From Asterias rubens (taxonomy: Eukaryota), in the NCBI RefSeq assembly GCF_902459465.1, contig NC_047072.1:8618001-8682000 (forward strand): 64,000 nt of DNA, read 5' to 3'. The notes beneath the pieces are model-generated. The model did not search any database. It had not been told where the DNA came from and saw only the letters and a list, made by a program, of their open reading frames with translations. The stretch's first letter is position 1, and every line of letters begins with the position of its first letter. Both the position numbers and the translations under genes were made by a program. This document shows positions 45,456 through 58,500 of this stretch, piece by piece.

Positions 45456-48400
45456 CTAAAGCACCTTGTCATTTGGCTTTTCTTCCTGAGAAGTCTGGAC
45501 ATTTTTGCTCTCTTGGTTCTTTGATCGCACAGTGATTATGTGAAGAATACTGTGAACAGAAACAAAGAAATAATACACAGGTCAGTAACGGCTTTGACAT
45601 TCAAACTTTAACAGCGCTGGTGAAAGGTCGTGCTTACTATTCATAGATAAGCACGAAAATTAGGCGGTCAACCTGCGCAGCCACCATGGATTAGCACTGT
45701 AACATCATTAATTTTCAAACAGTAAGCACTGGAAGGTTAGCATGCTAAATTAAAAACTAAGGAGGGCTCAACTAGGCTAATATTAAATAGTAGGCCCTAA
45801 GGGAGTCTCATGCCAATGGGGACTTATCCGACGAGTAACAGTATTTTCACTATGCAATCTGAGTATGCCTGAGTGTGTGATAACAGTAAGCGGTGTTATG
45901 ACATGGTAAAAGAAAAACTCAAGATGTATTTGTGTACCATGCTTTAGAAACCAAATCACTAGTTGTTGAGGGTCGAACAGCATTGTCCCTTACTTGGCTG
46001 TATGCTTCGTTTTTGAAAGGACAAGGGCACCAAGGCATTTTCTTCTCAGTAAAGGGCACCCTATGATGAAATTGCAAATTTCTTCTGGAGCATTTTAAGG
46101 GCACCAAGGCAATGACCAGGGGACACGGAGACAATCGGCTTGGTTGCCTCTGTGAAGTATCAGGCCTGCCCTTAACACTGGTCCGCTCTTCAAGGGCTGG
46201 GTCAGACGTAGTCCAGTGTTGAAAAAGCCTCCCTTTTTCAATGTAAAGTATGTACTAGTGAAAGAGCTGACATACTACTGAATTGTAATCATATAGCACA
46301 AAATAATTTGCATAAATTCAACCGTTCTGAACTCCGGCGAAACATTCGCTGTGAAAACAGCCCTGGATGATGTCAAAAATTTGTATCGCATTTGCATTCG
46401 CATTCGCAGGAAGTATGAACCAGGCTTTACTGGTCCTGCTGCCAGGGCTGGTCACCAAAAACATTAACGACAAACCCCTTCAAAGCCAACCTTGAACATT
46501 GGTCTCTTCCAACCACAAAGACAATCAAAGTCTAATCAAAAGAGAATGAACTACGACCCACTTCAACAAATTGACTGTGTGCTATTTATACTCTCCATTG
46601 TTCAATGCCATCTGGGTCACGAGAAAATAGTGAAAAACTGATAAACATATTTTGCATTGCATCGATGCCAAAGTAAAAATTAATAAAACGCTCACTGAGC
46701 GATAAACTCCAAAACGCGAAGTTAGATTATTTCTTTCTAATCAAATATGATATTTCAGACGGAAATATTTCAAGGGATGCTTTCAACTATCATCATCATT
46801 AGACCGTGTAAGTTTTACGTAAATCTGTGATCTTCACGATTTTTGTTTCCTACCAATTGTTTAACATTCCTTTAAGGGTAACTGTAGGAGAGCTTGTTTC
46901 ACTCTCAAGTGCCTATGAAAGATATTCCTGTCCATAGAGTTAGTAGAGGTGCAAAGTGCAGATCTTGATCGCTTATTGTTTGCACAAAAATCAAATTAAC
47001 GTTTTTAAGATTGGAGGAATGACAAACTGAATGGTGGGAAGTATTGCTTGGGAATGAATCGCTACTGGTTTCCTGATCTAGCTAATTTAAAATAAACTAA
47101 AATTGGGCGGACTGTTTATTTAGGTTTTGCAGGCACCCCCTTCCTCCCAGGTTTTTGCTGATTTTTCTGAGGAACAAGAAATCAGACTTTTGTAGGAAGA
47201 ATCAGGAGTGAAAATAAATTTGTAAAAATTGTATACTCACAATATAAGGGTGATGGGGATAACATTGACCCCTGCTAGAAAGTAGAATGATAAACTACCA
47301 CCGTACGTCTCCACCGTTGCTGCAAACAGGCTACCGAGAAGCAGAGGGGATCCGAACCCTGCTACACTCTCTATCACGCCAATAATAGCAAATACAACAC
47401 CTGCAACAACAAAAAAAGGTCAACCAGCTTATACTTTTAGTCTGAGAAGATTTTCCAAATAACTCAGAAATGTATTTCCTCGTGATTCTGCTGAAATGAT
47501 CTTTCACTCTGGTGGAAAACTTTAGGCCTCAGTGAAGAGAAAATATTGAAGCAATCTTAGTTTTAGATGTTAGGGGCCGAGTACGGTGGACTCAAGTCTC
47601 CTTTGGTAAGGAACAATATCATGCAGCAGTGCAGTAGATTAAAGTCATCTATGGTAAGGAAGAAGGGTATGAGTTTAGTGCAGTCAACTAAAGTTACGTT
47701 GAAGCTGAAAGGCAGTGGACACTATTGGTAATTACTCAAAATATTCATTAGCATAAAACCTATCTTGGTAACGAGTAATGGGGAGAGGTTGATGGTTTAA
47801 AACATTGTGAGAAACGACTCCCTCTGAAGTGGAGTAGTTTTCGAGAAAGAAGTTATTTTCCACGAATTTGATTTCGAGACCTCAGATTTAGAATTTGAGG
47901 TCTCAAAATCAAGCATCTGAAAGCACACAACTTTGTGCGACAAGGGTGTTTTTTTCTTTCATTAATATCTCGCAACCTCGATGACCAATTGAGCCCAAAT
48001 TTTCACACGCTTGTTATTTTATGCTTATGATGGTACACACCAAGGAAGTGAGGACACTGGTCTTTGACAAATACCAAATGTGTATGGTGTCCTTAAGGAA
48101 TTTGGGGTATTATGAGTGCAGTCGGTATGAACAAATAAGTCACCGAGATTGAATTACTCTAACCTTGCTCCTGCTCCATTACTGCCTTGGACATGACCGC
48201 CCTGACCACTGGCCCCGTTAGAGTACGAAGACAACCAATGGCACTTCCTGTACAGAAAGTAGAATGGTATGATGGTCAAACAATGCTTTACCAAAAGAAC
48301 GTTAATTATTAGATAACTGTTGTTCCTTGTAAAAGTACTTTTTCGGCCTGCTTGGCTGCCAGTGCAGTGAATAAATAAACCATAATGTATAATATTTGCC

Positions 48401-51400
48401 AACCCTTTGGAAAGATCCCCACCAGCCTTGCTGAGGTATGGTGCCCACTGTAGGAGTGCACTGTGTGGTTTGGATGTATACAAACAGATTTACCCAAATC
48501 TTACAGTGTTATAACAATGTATCCACCAAGTCTCAAAATGGCTTATTTATTGCCAGGCTTAAAACCACAAAATGAACGGTAAAGTGAACACAAATACACA
48601 CTTCTGTTTACATTGTTTTGCCAAAAAAATGTGAAGGGCATCATGAAACCCTTATTATTTTTATGCTGGTATGCAGAGCTTTGCTTGATTTATGAACAGC
48701 GCATTTACAAAAATGTTGCAGCCCTATCTGCAGTCAACCGTGCCAGAAACACCTGGGCCCAATTTTCTTAGAGCTACAAAAAAATTGCTTAGCATGAAAT
48801 TTCTTCCTTGATAGTAGATTTTTGTTTTGGTAATCAAGGAAGAAATTTCATGCTAAGCAACTTTTTGTGCTAAGCCATGTGTAAGCAGCTCTATGAAATT
48901 TGGCCCTTCTCTTAACGATGGGTTCTTTATTGAGCTTGAAGGAACTCCGGCTTTACACACGTACACATCACCAGAATTTGTAGCCGATTCTTTGCTTGCA
49001 GCCAGCACTGTCAGCAGAGAGCCATGAAATAGTGTCCTGATAAATCCATTGTTTCTTGCAATGGGCACAGCTTAGAATGTCACAAAATGTTTTATCTGCT
49101 TATTGTGGTTCAAGGTCTCATAGTGATCAAGAGTTCCTTTTATGAAACCCATGCTCAGGCTTGTTATCTGGCTTACGCTCAATCTGCCTGTTGGAAGCCA
49201 AGTACCCTAAGTACACATTTTCATAATAACTGACAAAGCATAAGCCAGAGCCTAAGCCCAAACCCTAAGCCGAAGGAGACTTTTTTTAAAGGTTGCGTTC
49301 CTTACCTACGAAGAGAAACAGAGTCGAGGGCGCTATTCCTGTGACCAGGTAAGCTGCGGCTGAACTGAAACAGCAGATGTAGAGAATCCAATGTTCCTTG
49401 AGACAAAGTGGGAGGGTAACTCCGCCCACCAGAAGACCTGAACAGGGGGGTCCAACAAGACAAAACAATGGATTTACAAGAAAACAAAAGCTCTTCCATT
49501 TGGTCAGCCACATTTCTGAAAACCCCCAGATATTTTGCTTCTTTTTCTTTAGCACCAAACAAGAAGCAGTGATAAAAAAAAAACAGTTTGAGGCAACTAT
49601 TTCGTCAAAGTTTCTAAAATTTGACAATTTTTGTTTTGTGTTGTACAAAAAGTACCCAACTTTAGGTGCCCATCAAACAATTTGGTCATTGTAAAATTCT
49701 ACCCGAGCATTTCAAGGGCACCAAGGCAATGACCAGGGGGCACGGAGGCAATGGCTTGTTTCTGTGAAATATCAGACCTGCTATTGTTATATTTGTACAC
49801 ATCCGCACATCAGTCACGTACTTACCAAGGCAGCATGTCATCAATGTAACCGCTGTATATATCCCTACAGTAACAGTCGACCAGCAAAATGGTGATCCCA
49901 TCCCAAGTAAAACGGCTATAGTGATTGAGCCCTGTTCAAAAGTCAATAGATAAACAAATGAAACAATCCTGAAGCTTCAGACCTGCAAAATAACCCACAG
50001 TAGTTGTTGTGGTGCCAATGCTTTTGCTATGGTGATGCAAATAAGGGAATCAATGTGTGGTGAAGAGGTTTTCAACTAGTGGTTTAAACCCAACGAGGCC
50101 TGGTTCTTGATAATTTTACGAGACAAAGTCGAGGTAAATTATCAAGAACAGGCCTAGGCGGGTTGCAAAAAGGATATTATTGCCACTGCCCTCTCAAAGA
50201 TGAAATTCCAGGCCCGTTTACAATACTGTAAATATACAAATTGAAATCAGTGTGTCGTTGTTTAGTTCCTTTTTTTTTCTTTCTTTTTTTCTTACCTGGA
50301 ACATGAGGGTCGTGAAGAAACCAATCATGGTCAATAAGACGAGAATGATGTGTCTGCTGCCCTCTGTGACACGCATCAGTAAGATAATGCGCTTCATCAT
50401 GATAGACAACTCATTGGCGAAAGCTGAATTGATCAGAAAATAGTAAAACAATAAACAGTCAACATTTCCTAAAATCATATTTTGTACCAACTTCACAACT
50501 AACAAAACATGTTATGAAACTACAGTCAAATTCTATTGTGAGTCACCTCGGCAATGAATGGTAGGTCTTCAATGCCGTTTCAACCCTGGGCCCAATTTCT
50601 TAAAGCTGTTTAGCAGAAAATACTGCTTTAGACAAATTTCTATGCTACATAAGAACAAAATGAGTGGGGCACCAGTCTCAACAGTGTACACAATATGGAA
50701 TGTCGGCTGGTTCTGCTTTGGCTAGGCAAGAATTTCCTGTGCTTAGCAAATTTTTTGTAGAAGTTAATAGGCAAATGGAGAATTCAAAAACAACAACTTT
50801 TTTTTGTTTTTTGTTTTTTCTTTCTTTTCTTTCAGTGCCAGTGTTGTCCTAATACTTTTTGCACATTTGGGAGGGCAGTTGCCCACTGCCCACTGCTCCC
50901 CTACCCCTTGATCGAATTTCCATGTCTATTCTGCGCAATTCTTCAAGCATCCATTTACCTGAAGACTCTTCCTCGGAGCATCGGCGAGTCTCAATCAAAC
51001 AAGGCGGCAAAACAATATAAAGAAGCGCTACTGCTAGCGCTGCGGACACTGCAGCAAAGGGAGGCATATATCCATAATCCCTCACGATGTAACCCATCAA
51101 GACTTGGGACAAGCCGATGGCAAAGAACAGCGTAGTGTCGATGATGACAAAGCGGAACAGGCGTTTCTTCTTTGTGGTGATGTCAGCGATATAAGCAAGG
51201 GACGCAGCCACGATCAGGATCAGGCTACCGGTCAGGCCTTGAACCGTCTCCCCGATGAAGAGTAAGTATTGAGACAGACTGAATGTTGTCACGACGAGAT
51301 ACATGATGCAGTTTACAAAGATTCCTAGGGCTGCCAGGAACAACACTCCTTTCCGCCCCGAACGATCACTCCAGGAGCTTAGCACGGGAGCCGAGAAAAT

Positions 51401-51727
51401 ATTCAAGAATGCGCTGCAGAGCTGCAGATACATGACGGACAAGGAAGTCTGAGATTGAATCTCTTCCTGAAGCTTGTACTGAGGGTCGGACTGGTTGACG
51501 CTGCAATTCGGCTGTAGTCCGGTCCCATTCACACCAAATGATTCTGCCACCAACATCCGTATGTACTCAGTGCGCAGTGTTCCAATCGTCCCGTAAGCGA
51601 TCAGAGCTGTAAATATGACCGGCTCGATTGTGATCCATCGTTTACTCGCTCGGATGCGGTCTGCGCTCCATTCCGATGTGGTTTCTACTGACTTGAGCAG
51701 AGGGGCTGTCTCTGCTGGATCACTCAT
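45456..51727 (-). CDS. SLC46-family (PCFT/SLC46A1/A3-like) MFS transporter, 490 aa
   Basis: Exons 51727-50959, 50423-50296, 49931-49826, 49437-49306, 48247-48164, 47400-47241, 45549-45456 (1473 nt, in frame). Motifs ITIEPVIF, SWSDRSGRK, AYIADIT, PFCW, VRAVMSKAV..EQG.VFA; N-terminal acidic dileucine-like ETAPLL. Confidence 0.9.
46005..46168. mobile_element. CAGGCCTG-terminus repeat family fragment (relatives at about 49660-49778, 50185-50214, 60505-60560, 61570-61741)
   Basis: Shared AAGGGCACCAAGGCAATGACCAGGGG.CACGG and GCCCTCTCAAAGATGAAATTCCAGGCC blocks. Confidence 0.55.
47710..48092. mobile_element. AGGCAGTGGACAC MITE with a degenerate right end
   Basis: Left TIR intact; internal sequence matches the family. 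Confidence 0.7.
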
Positions 51728-53699
51728 TTTCACTGCTCTACCTTTCAGTTCGTTGTGACAAAAGTTTCTGCTGTTGTCAATGGAGTTTTCACATCTGAAT
51801 ACAAAAAGAAATAAACACAATAAATTATACAACAATTAAAAGTATTATTTACAATGTTATTGAACACTAACACAAGTTCAGCATGTAGGTCATGATGCTA
51901 TAAAGTATTTAAAACAGTATGATACTTGTTTGCAGGCCAACATTTTTTTTTAATTCCTCAAACTACCGAGACAGTTGCTTTGCCAGGTGATTAGGGGCAA
52001 GCTTTGGCACTGTTACATAAGAGACCGTGAACACCCAGGACACAATTATGAATGGATGTATGGCACAATAGTACAGGGTTTTCTCATCTGGAGGTAGTTG
52101 CGATAACGTACCCCTCCTCCCTTGCGGCCGTCGGGAGGAGGGTTACGTTATCACAACTAATCTGGAGTTTGCTGTACAAAAGCTTGCCCCTAAAATCGTG
52201 TGGCGCAGCAACTGTCTCGGTAGTCTGGGCATGGAGGTAGCCTGAGGAATTCAATATCAAATGGAAGTAGGCGTAGCCCTGGTAAAGACGTCAGTCAGTG
52301 CCACAAGGGAAGAGTACAACAACTTGGGCTAAAGTAAGCCGTGCATTTGTGACCAAGTGATTGTAACTAATAAATGAGTTATTGTACCAGACAATATTAT
52401 CAAATCTAACTTGCAATATGGCTTATGAAATGTGTCAACTCAACTCGTACTCCAACCCACTCATTATATGCAACGCAAGGAAAGAATGATGATTTGTATC
52501 TGTATAATAATCCTGCTTACAATATACTTTATTATGGTAAACTTGTGGAGACCAGACAACTCGTCCGTCATACAACTCGACGGTTCAGACAACTCGACGG
52601 TCCATACAACTCGACGGTTGATTTATACAACAGTCAGACAACTCGACTTGGGCTTTTGGTTGGGCCGGGTCAAGACTAGCCCCCTTGTGTGGCCAAGGAT
52701 TCAGCTAGCCTTGGCCACACAAGTGGAGCTAGGTCAAGACAAGTCAATTCGGACGGACGTGACGGGGCTCAGCACGGGGCAGGAGCGGTGATAACGTTAT
52801 TTATGTTATTATCCGTTCACCCAGAATCCAGTTATTAAATTAAACCCACCCACCATACAAAAAAAACCCTATTAAAATATGAGACTGAGAGGGTTAAGAT
52901 CACTACGGGTACGATGGGCCGACGGGTCCGACCTGTACACACTGTTTACAACGAATACCCGGCCCGTCGTGACACAACACATGGATGGTGCTGACACAGC
53001 GAAACTGACCTCCTTACGGTACTTGACCATTGACTGAGTGAGTGACTGATTTTTTTGGGACACTCGTATTTAGTTTGGTACCAATAATCTTTGACTAATA
53101 AAATTACCTTATTTGTCCATATGTGCTAGACACAGCATCTCTGTCAAATTGCCCTTCGTTTTGCTAGGTGTGTGAACGAACACAATAGTTTTCTGAACGA
53201 AATAATATTATGAAACTTGTTGACTCTTCAGAAAAAGACACCGCCGGCAGGCTGCACTTTATTTAATCGACAGAGGGCGCTTGATGAAAAGCACGCGCAG
53301 AGCCGTTATTGGGACCACCTTTCCAAAGATGGCTCCTTCTGTGATTCGATTCGAAACTATCACACCTCTTTGACGGTTTTTATTTCTTTGCGACGGTCGT
53401 AGCTCGGGGGGGGGGGGGGGGGGGGCGGGCGGACTATCCACATAAAATAGAAAAGAAAACTGAAGTTCAGATGTCACTGTTTATCGTGTTTTTGCTTTGA
53501 ATGACGGGGCCTTATAAATATTCATTTTGTTGTTTAACATTTTAGCAATAGGACTAGGTTGAATAGGACTTTAAGTTACGGGGCGCACTATCAGAAGAAG
53601 TTTGTATATGACACAGTTTTATATACAGGCTGGTTGAGATTAGTTTCCACTACATGTAGAAGTTGTCTATATTTGTTTACTATGCATTTAACAAGCTCC

Positions 53700-53850
53700 A
53701 CCCCATTGCGTATTGACCAATCACAACGCAACGAAGGTCCGACATGCGGTGCGCGTGTCTTGGCGTACGCGGCAAAGTTGTGCAGAAAGGCATTGGAGAG
53801 CCCCACGTGTTCTTGCTCACACGTGCGTCGTGGGCGGAGCCTACTTGATC
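53700..53850. promoter_or_regulatory. CpG-rich promoter-like region upstream of the SLC46 gene
   Basis: CCAAT (~53717), two CACGTG E-boxes (~53804, ~53820) and a GGGCGG GC box (~53832) in a CpG-rich patch between the FLASH 3'UTR and the SLC46 5' end. Confidence 0.35.
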
Positions 53851-55530
53851 GGTCTACTAAAACTTTATTGCTAACCAAAAATTGTTCACAGTTTCACCTG
53901 AACGAGTCTAACGAGTACGAAGCGTTAAAGGGGCATGAGAAAGAGATGGCAACAAAATTAAATAAAAGAAAACATTTTCTGAATAGCATCCCATAATTAT
54001 TACTAACATAAATATGACTCATTCTAGTGCTATGAGGAAGGTTATAATTTTTTTAAGTTTTCTTGTAATGTCCCTGTAACACTTTAGTAAAAAAATAGGC
54101 TTTTTGATTGTTTTATTTATTTATAATAATTTATTTCACTTAATTAAACCTTTATACAATAAATCATACATTAATAAATCTATTTAAATATATAACAAAA
54201 CAAAACTTCAAAAGTTGAATAATCATATCAAAATGTGGACAAACAGAAAACAATTTTTGTTTAAAAACAAAAATAAAACACACACATTAAAATAACGAGT
54301 GCAGACATCTGCAGAGTTTGCATCTTGGTCCTCCTTCATTTTTACTCATTTTACGATGATATTTTTTTTCGGGGGGGGTGGGGGGAGGGGGACATGCTTC
54401 TTAGTGAGTTTGCATGATTACAAAAAAAGAGATTATTGTGTAAACAATCGCAATGAAATTATTGCACAGAAAAAGGGAAAAAAAAAAAGATTTAAAGGAA
54501 ACGCTTTTTCCCTTTGACCTGGGCCCAATTTCATTGAGCTGCTGAAGCACCAAAATTATACTAAGTTTGGTGCACAGTTCCTGACTATTTTTGCTAAGCA
54601 GACATTTGTTAAGCATTCATTTCTGCTTACTTTTATACTAATGTAAAAAGAGTGAAAATTGCACCCTCTTGTCCGAGTGGTGTCGGTTTCGCTCTTTTGA
54701 GAGTCAATTTGCATCACTCAGAGTGAAATTGGAATGCATTGAGTTTTATACATGTCTTTCACTCTAAAAAGAGTTGTCCCCCATTGTGATTTTTCACTCT
54801 TTTTACATTAAGAGTGTAAGCAGCTCTATGAAATCGGGCACAGGGTCAGATGAATGATTGGTAACGAGCGAACAATGCAAATAGGCTTGTAGATTGGCTG
54901 ATAAATGTTGTTGAATTCACAAAACCAAACTTTATAAGTGAACAAACACAAATCATAACAATTGTGGTTAAACAGAAAACTCAATTATGAAATTTTTTAA
55001 AACAAACAATTTAGAGAGTGTCTCAATTGACTTTTGAGACACTTCCTAATTGCATAAATAAAGGGGAAGTCAAAGCTGATGTAAACTTATACACTGCGTC
55101 ATGATAGAAAGAGGGAAAAGGGACTGGGGGAGTGGAAGAATGTGGAGGAGGGGGGGAGGGGAGAAGGGGATGGGGAGAAAACCAATGAATGATGTGTATA
55201 AACTTGCCAAAGAAAAAATGTAACCTGTCATAAACCTAGCTCTGATTGGCTGAAAAATTGTTTTAACTTCACACTTTCCATGGTACATCACCACTTTTGC
55301 TTAGATTTTAGAACTTTTGCACACAGCTAAGCTTTAAATGATATCAGTTAAATTTATTTTTGAATGCAAGATAAACTTTTAGGAATTTTGTTTTTCAAGT
55401 TTTCAAATGTTGCGTGAAAACCCTGCCAAATTTTGAAACAACAATGTAATCAAAAGAACTCAAATACAACTTTCTCCAATCTATAGTTACCAAGAAAAGG
55501 ATCCTTGTAAATGTCATTTGTGGTGAGAGG

Positions 55531-58500
55531 TTATCTTCTGTTAGTTCGGCTGTTCCTTGTTCTCTTAGAATCCCCCGCTGATTGCGTTGTTCTTCTGTCC
55601 CCTTTACTTCCTGGTCTGTCATGACTAACCTGCCTTCTTGAGCTCGGATGAGAGCTGCTGTGGCTACCTCTGGACCTGGCAACATCATCTAAAGTATCTC
55701 TTCTTTTCTCATCCCTACGATCCTCCTGTCTAGTCCGTGTCTCAACAGTTGTCTTCTTCACTCTTCTTATCTCAGGGCTTTCCCTTGAAGGTAATCTTCT
55801 CCTGATGGATGAATGAGATCCTCGTTCTCCATCATTTGAAGTTCCGTACTTTGATTCAGAGTGCCTCTTTGGATTCTTAAGAGCTTGCTGCCTCTCCTCC
55901 AAGATCCTCCTCTTCTGCTCAATAAATTTCGACCGATTGTCTCCAACGGTCGTTCTCCTTGTTCTGTCTCTGCTGCGATCTGTAACTTTGTGACTTGATG
56001 ACTGTTTGTCTTCTCTTCTTGACCTGCTTGACCGATTTGATTTTCTGTCTGCCGTCTGGTGTCCTTCCTTCTTGATTATCACATTGGTTGAGGTCTCCGA
56101 GTCTGAACTAGGAATCTCTCCTTCTGACAAGTCACAGTTTTCTGACTGTTTGTCATCCACATGATGATCAGCAAGTTGGCCGCTGGAAACCTGGTCATCA
56201 GCCTGATATTCCTGGTCACTTTGACCGCTGTTGTCAGAGTCGATCAAGAGGTTTCCATGAACTGGTGAGGCACTACAACTGAGGAAATCATAACCACTAG
56301 GGTCAATGGAAATATCTGCTTCATGTACACATTCCATGTGTGAACCCTCATTGTCAGAATCACTGACCTCTCCATCTTCGTTACCTGCCAATGAAGGGAC
56401 AGCATCAGTGAAATCTGTTTTTAACGTGGACTTCACGTGTACATTATCTGGGATGCTGATATCTGATGTTATAGTGGGTGCAGTACTCATACCAGTAATT
56501 GTGTCCACATCAGCTTGTTCATTTGGTTCAGATTGGCAAGGGGTCTTGTCTAGCTCTTCACGTAGCAATGTGGATGGAGATCCTTCAGTCAAGTGATTTT
56601 TCAATTGATTTTCAAATTTAAGCTTCTTAACATTTTCTATTTCAGCTCTTTTTTCAGGTTTTTCATTGGTAGTTTCAAAGTGTTTCCCTGTACTTTTCGC
56701 CAAATCAGTGCCTGCATCTCTCCTGATTTCATCTTCCAATTGATGACTAATTTGTGTATCATTCTTAGTCAAAAGTTTGATAGTTACATCACTGTTGTGT
56801 TCATCCGACTGACACAAGGACGACTTTCCTTGTCTACGTAAAATGCCACTCCTCCTAAAATCAACAACGCGTGTAGATGCAGAAGCTGGATCTGCCCTTT
56901 CATTCTTCGCCTTACTTTTCCCTTTTTTAGCAGGAGAGCTTCGGAGATTTTCAAACATGGCATCTTCAGATTGAATCATTGGCTCACCAGTTACCGGCGC
57001 TGACATGGGTGATGTTTGGCTACTAAACTTAACATCAACGCCAGTGAGGCTGCCGGTATCGTAGGGCTCAGGGATGTTTTCTAAAATGCATCCGGCCTTG
57101 ATTTCATGATCTACAGAGCAGTCCATCTCTGTCATTCCAGGAAGGCCTTTGGGAGAAGCTGCAGTGTCAGCAGAGATGTGTTTGCTAACAGAGGCCTCAT
57201 CAGTCAGGCTAATTGCTGCTACCTTACTGGTTTCCATATCATCACCTTCAATGAAGCTGTCACTACCGAAAATGTTCATCAACGCTTCCGAAAAAATTTC
57301 TAGTTTCTTTGATGTCTTTTTATGTACTGAAGGGTCACCAGAGTTATATTGCGATGTTTTTGGAAGTGGCAATTCTAGAGTTTCAGAGATTGTTGGCAAA
57401 GTCACCTCCATGCTGCTGTCACTCAGCAGGAAGCTGTTGCTGCCAAAAACATCCATTATTTTTTCAGAAAAACTGTCGTTTGTTTTCCTGCTGGTAGAAA
57501 CATTTGACTCGGAACATGCATCTAATGAAAGAGCAATTCGCTTAGAGTCATAGTCTTCAATGGATTCCTTTCGTGCATTATGGTCTACTTTGCTCTCATC
57601 TATTTTTCCCACGTGCTCATCAAGGAAGGCATCCGATATTAACACAGTATTGTTTGATGATTTGAGGCAGTTCAGATCTTTATTAAAGTTGTCTGGTACA
57701 AGTTTGTCTGTTTCACCATCACCTGTTTCAACTTTTACATGAGCAGATTCCTCATTGGGAGCAATTCTACCTTCAGTGATTGGGGACGCATTGGAAGATG
57801 AAGAGTTCCTTCTACCTCCTCTCTCATTAACCTGACTAGTCGACACTTGATCTCCTGATGATGAGGGGTCACAGCTCTCAGACGGTGACAGTATGACAGG
57901 TGACACTGGAAGACTGTATTGATTTCTGGTAATCTCTATTTGGCAAGTACCAAGAATTTGACTTGGCTTGGTCTCATGTTGTTCATCATGATGAATTACA
58001 GCACTGAACTGACCATCAACAACCTCTTGATCGTCTCTCCCACCTTGACTAGATGTGATTTTATTCTCTTTACCCTTGTTTTCAGCAATATTGATATTGT
58101 TTTCTTCTTCGACAGAACTCTCAGGCTCCTTGCATCCATAGAAGGAGTCTGTTGTAATCTCTTCATCCAGTTCGAAATCATGATTTATTGGCACATCGTG
58201 GCTTGCAATGCAAGCTGCATGCGGGGCAGGATGTTCTTCAGGAATGCCCAAATCATCTTGGAGTGCATCCTTCTCTCCCATGACAGCTTTAAGATTCTTT
58301 CTCCATTGAGGCTCATCATACTCAACAGGTTCTTTTGGTACCCATTCCGTATCAGATGAGTCCTGGTTATCCAGGTCTTCGTCACCAGCAACAATCAACT
58401 CCTTGGTTTTGTCTTTGCTCCTGGAAGCCTTTGATGACGAGGCAAGTCTCTTGCTTCTCTTCTCTCTTCTGTGCTTTTTGGGAGTGCTGTGCTTTCTGTG

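Noticed and set aside
49932-49982. Alternative acceptor TTTTGCAG at 49983 for the third SLC46 coding exon
   Set aside because: In the required phase 0 it reads GTC TGA; the acceptor at 49932 keeps the frame.
50849-50958. ORF read-through giving a truncated half-transporter ending SQMCKKY
   Set aside because: A good donor CAG|GTAAAT at 50959/58 joins in phase to six further exons that complete the MFS fold; the extension is intron sequence.
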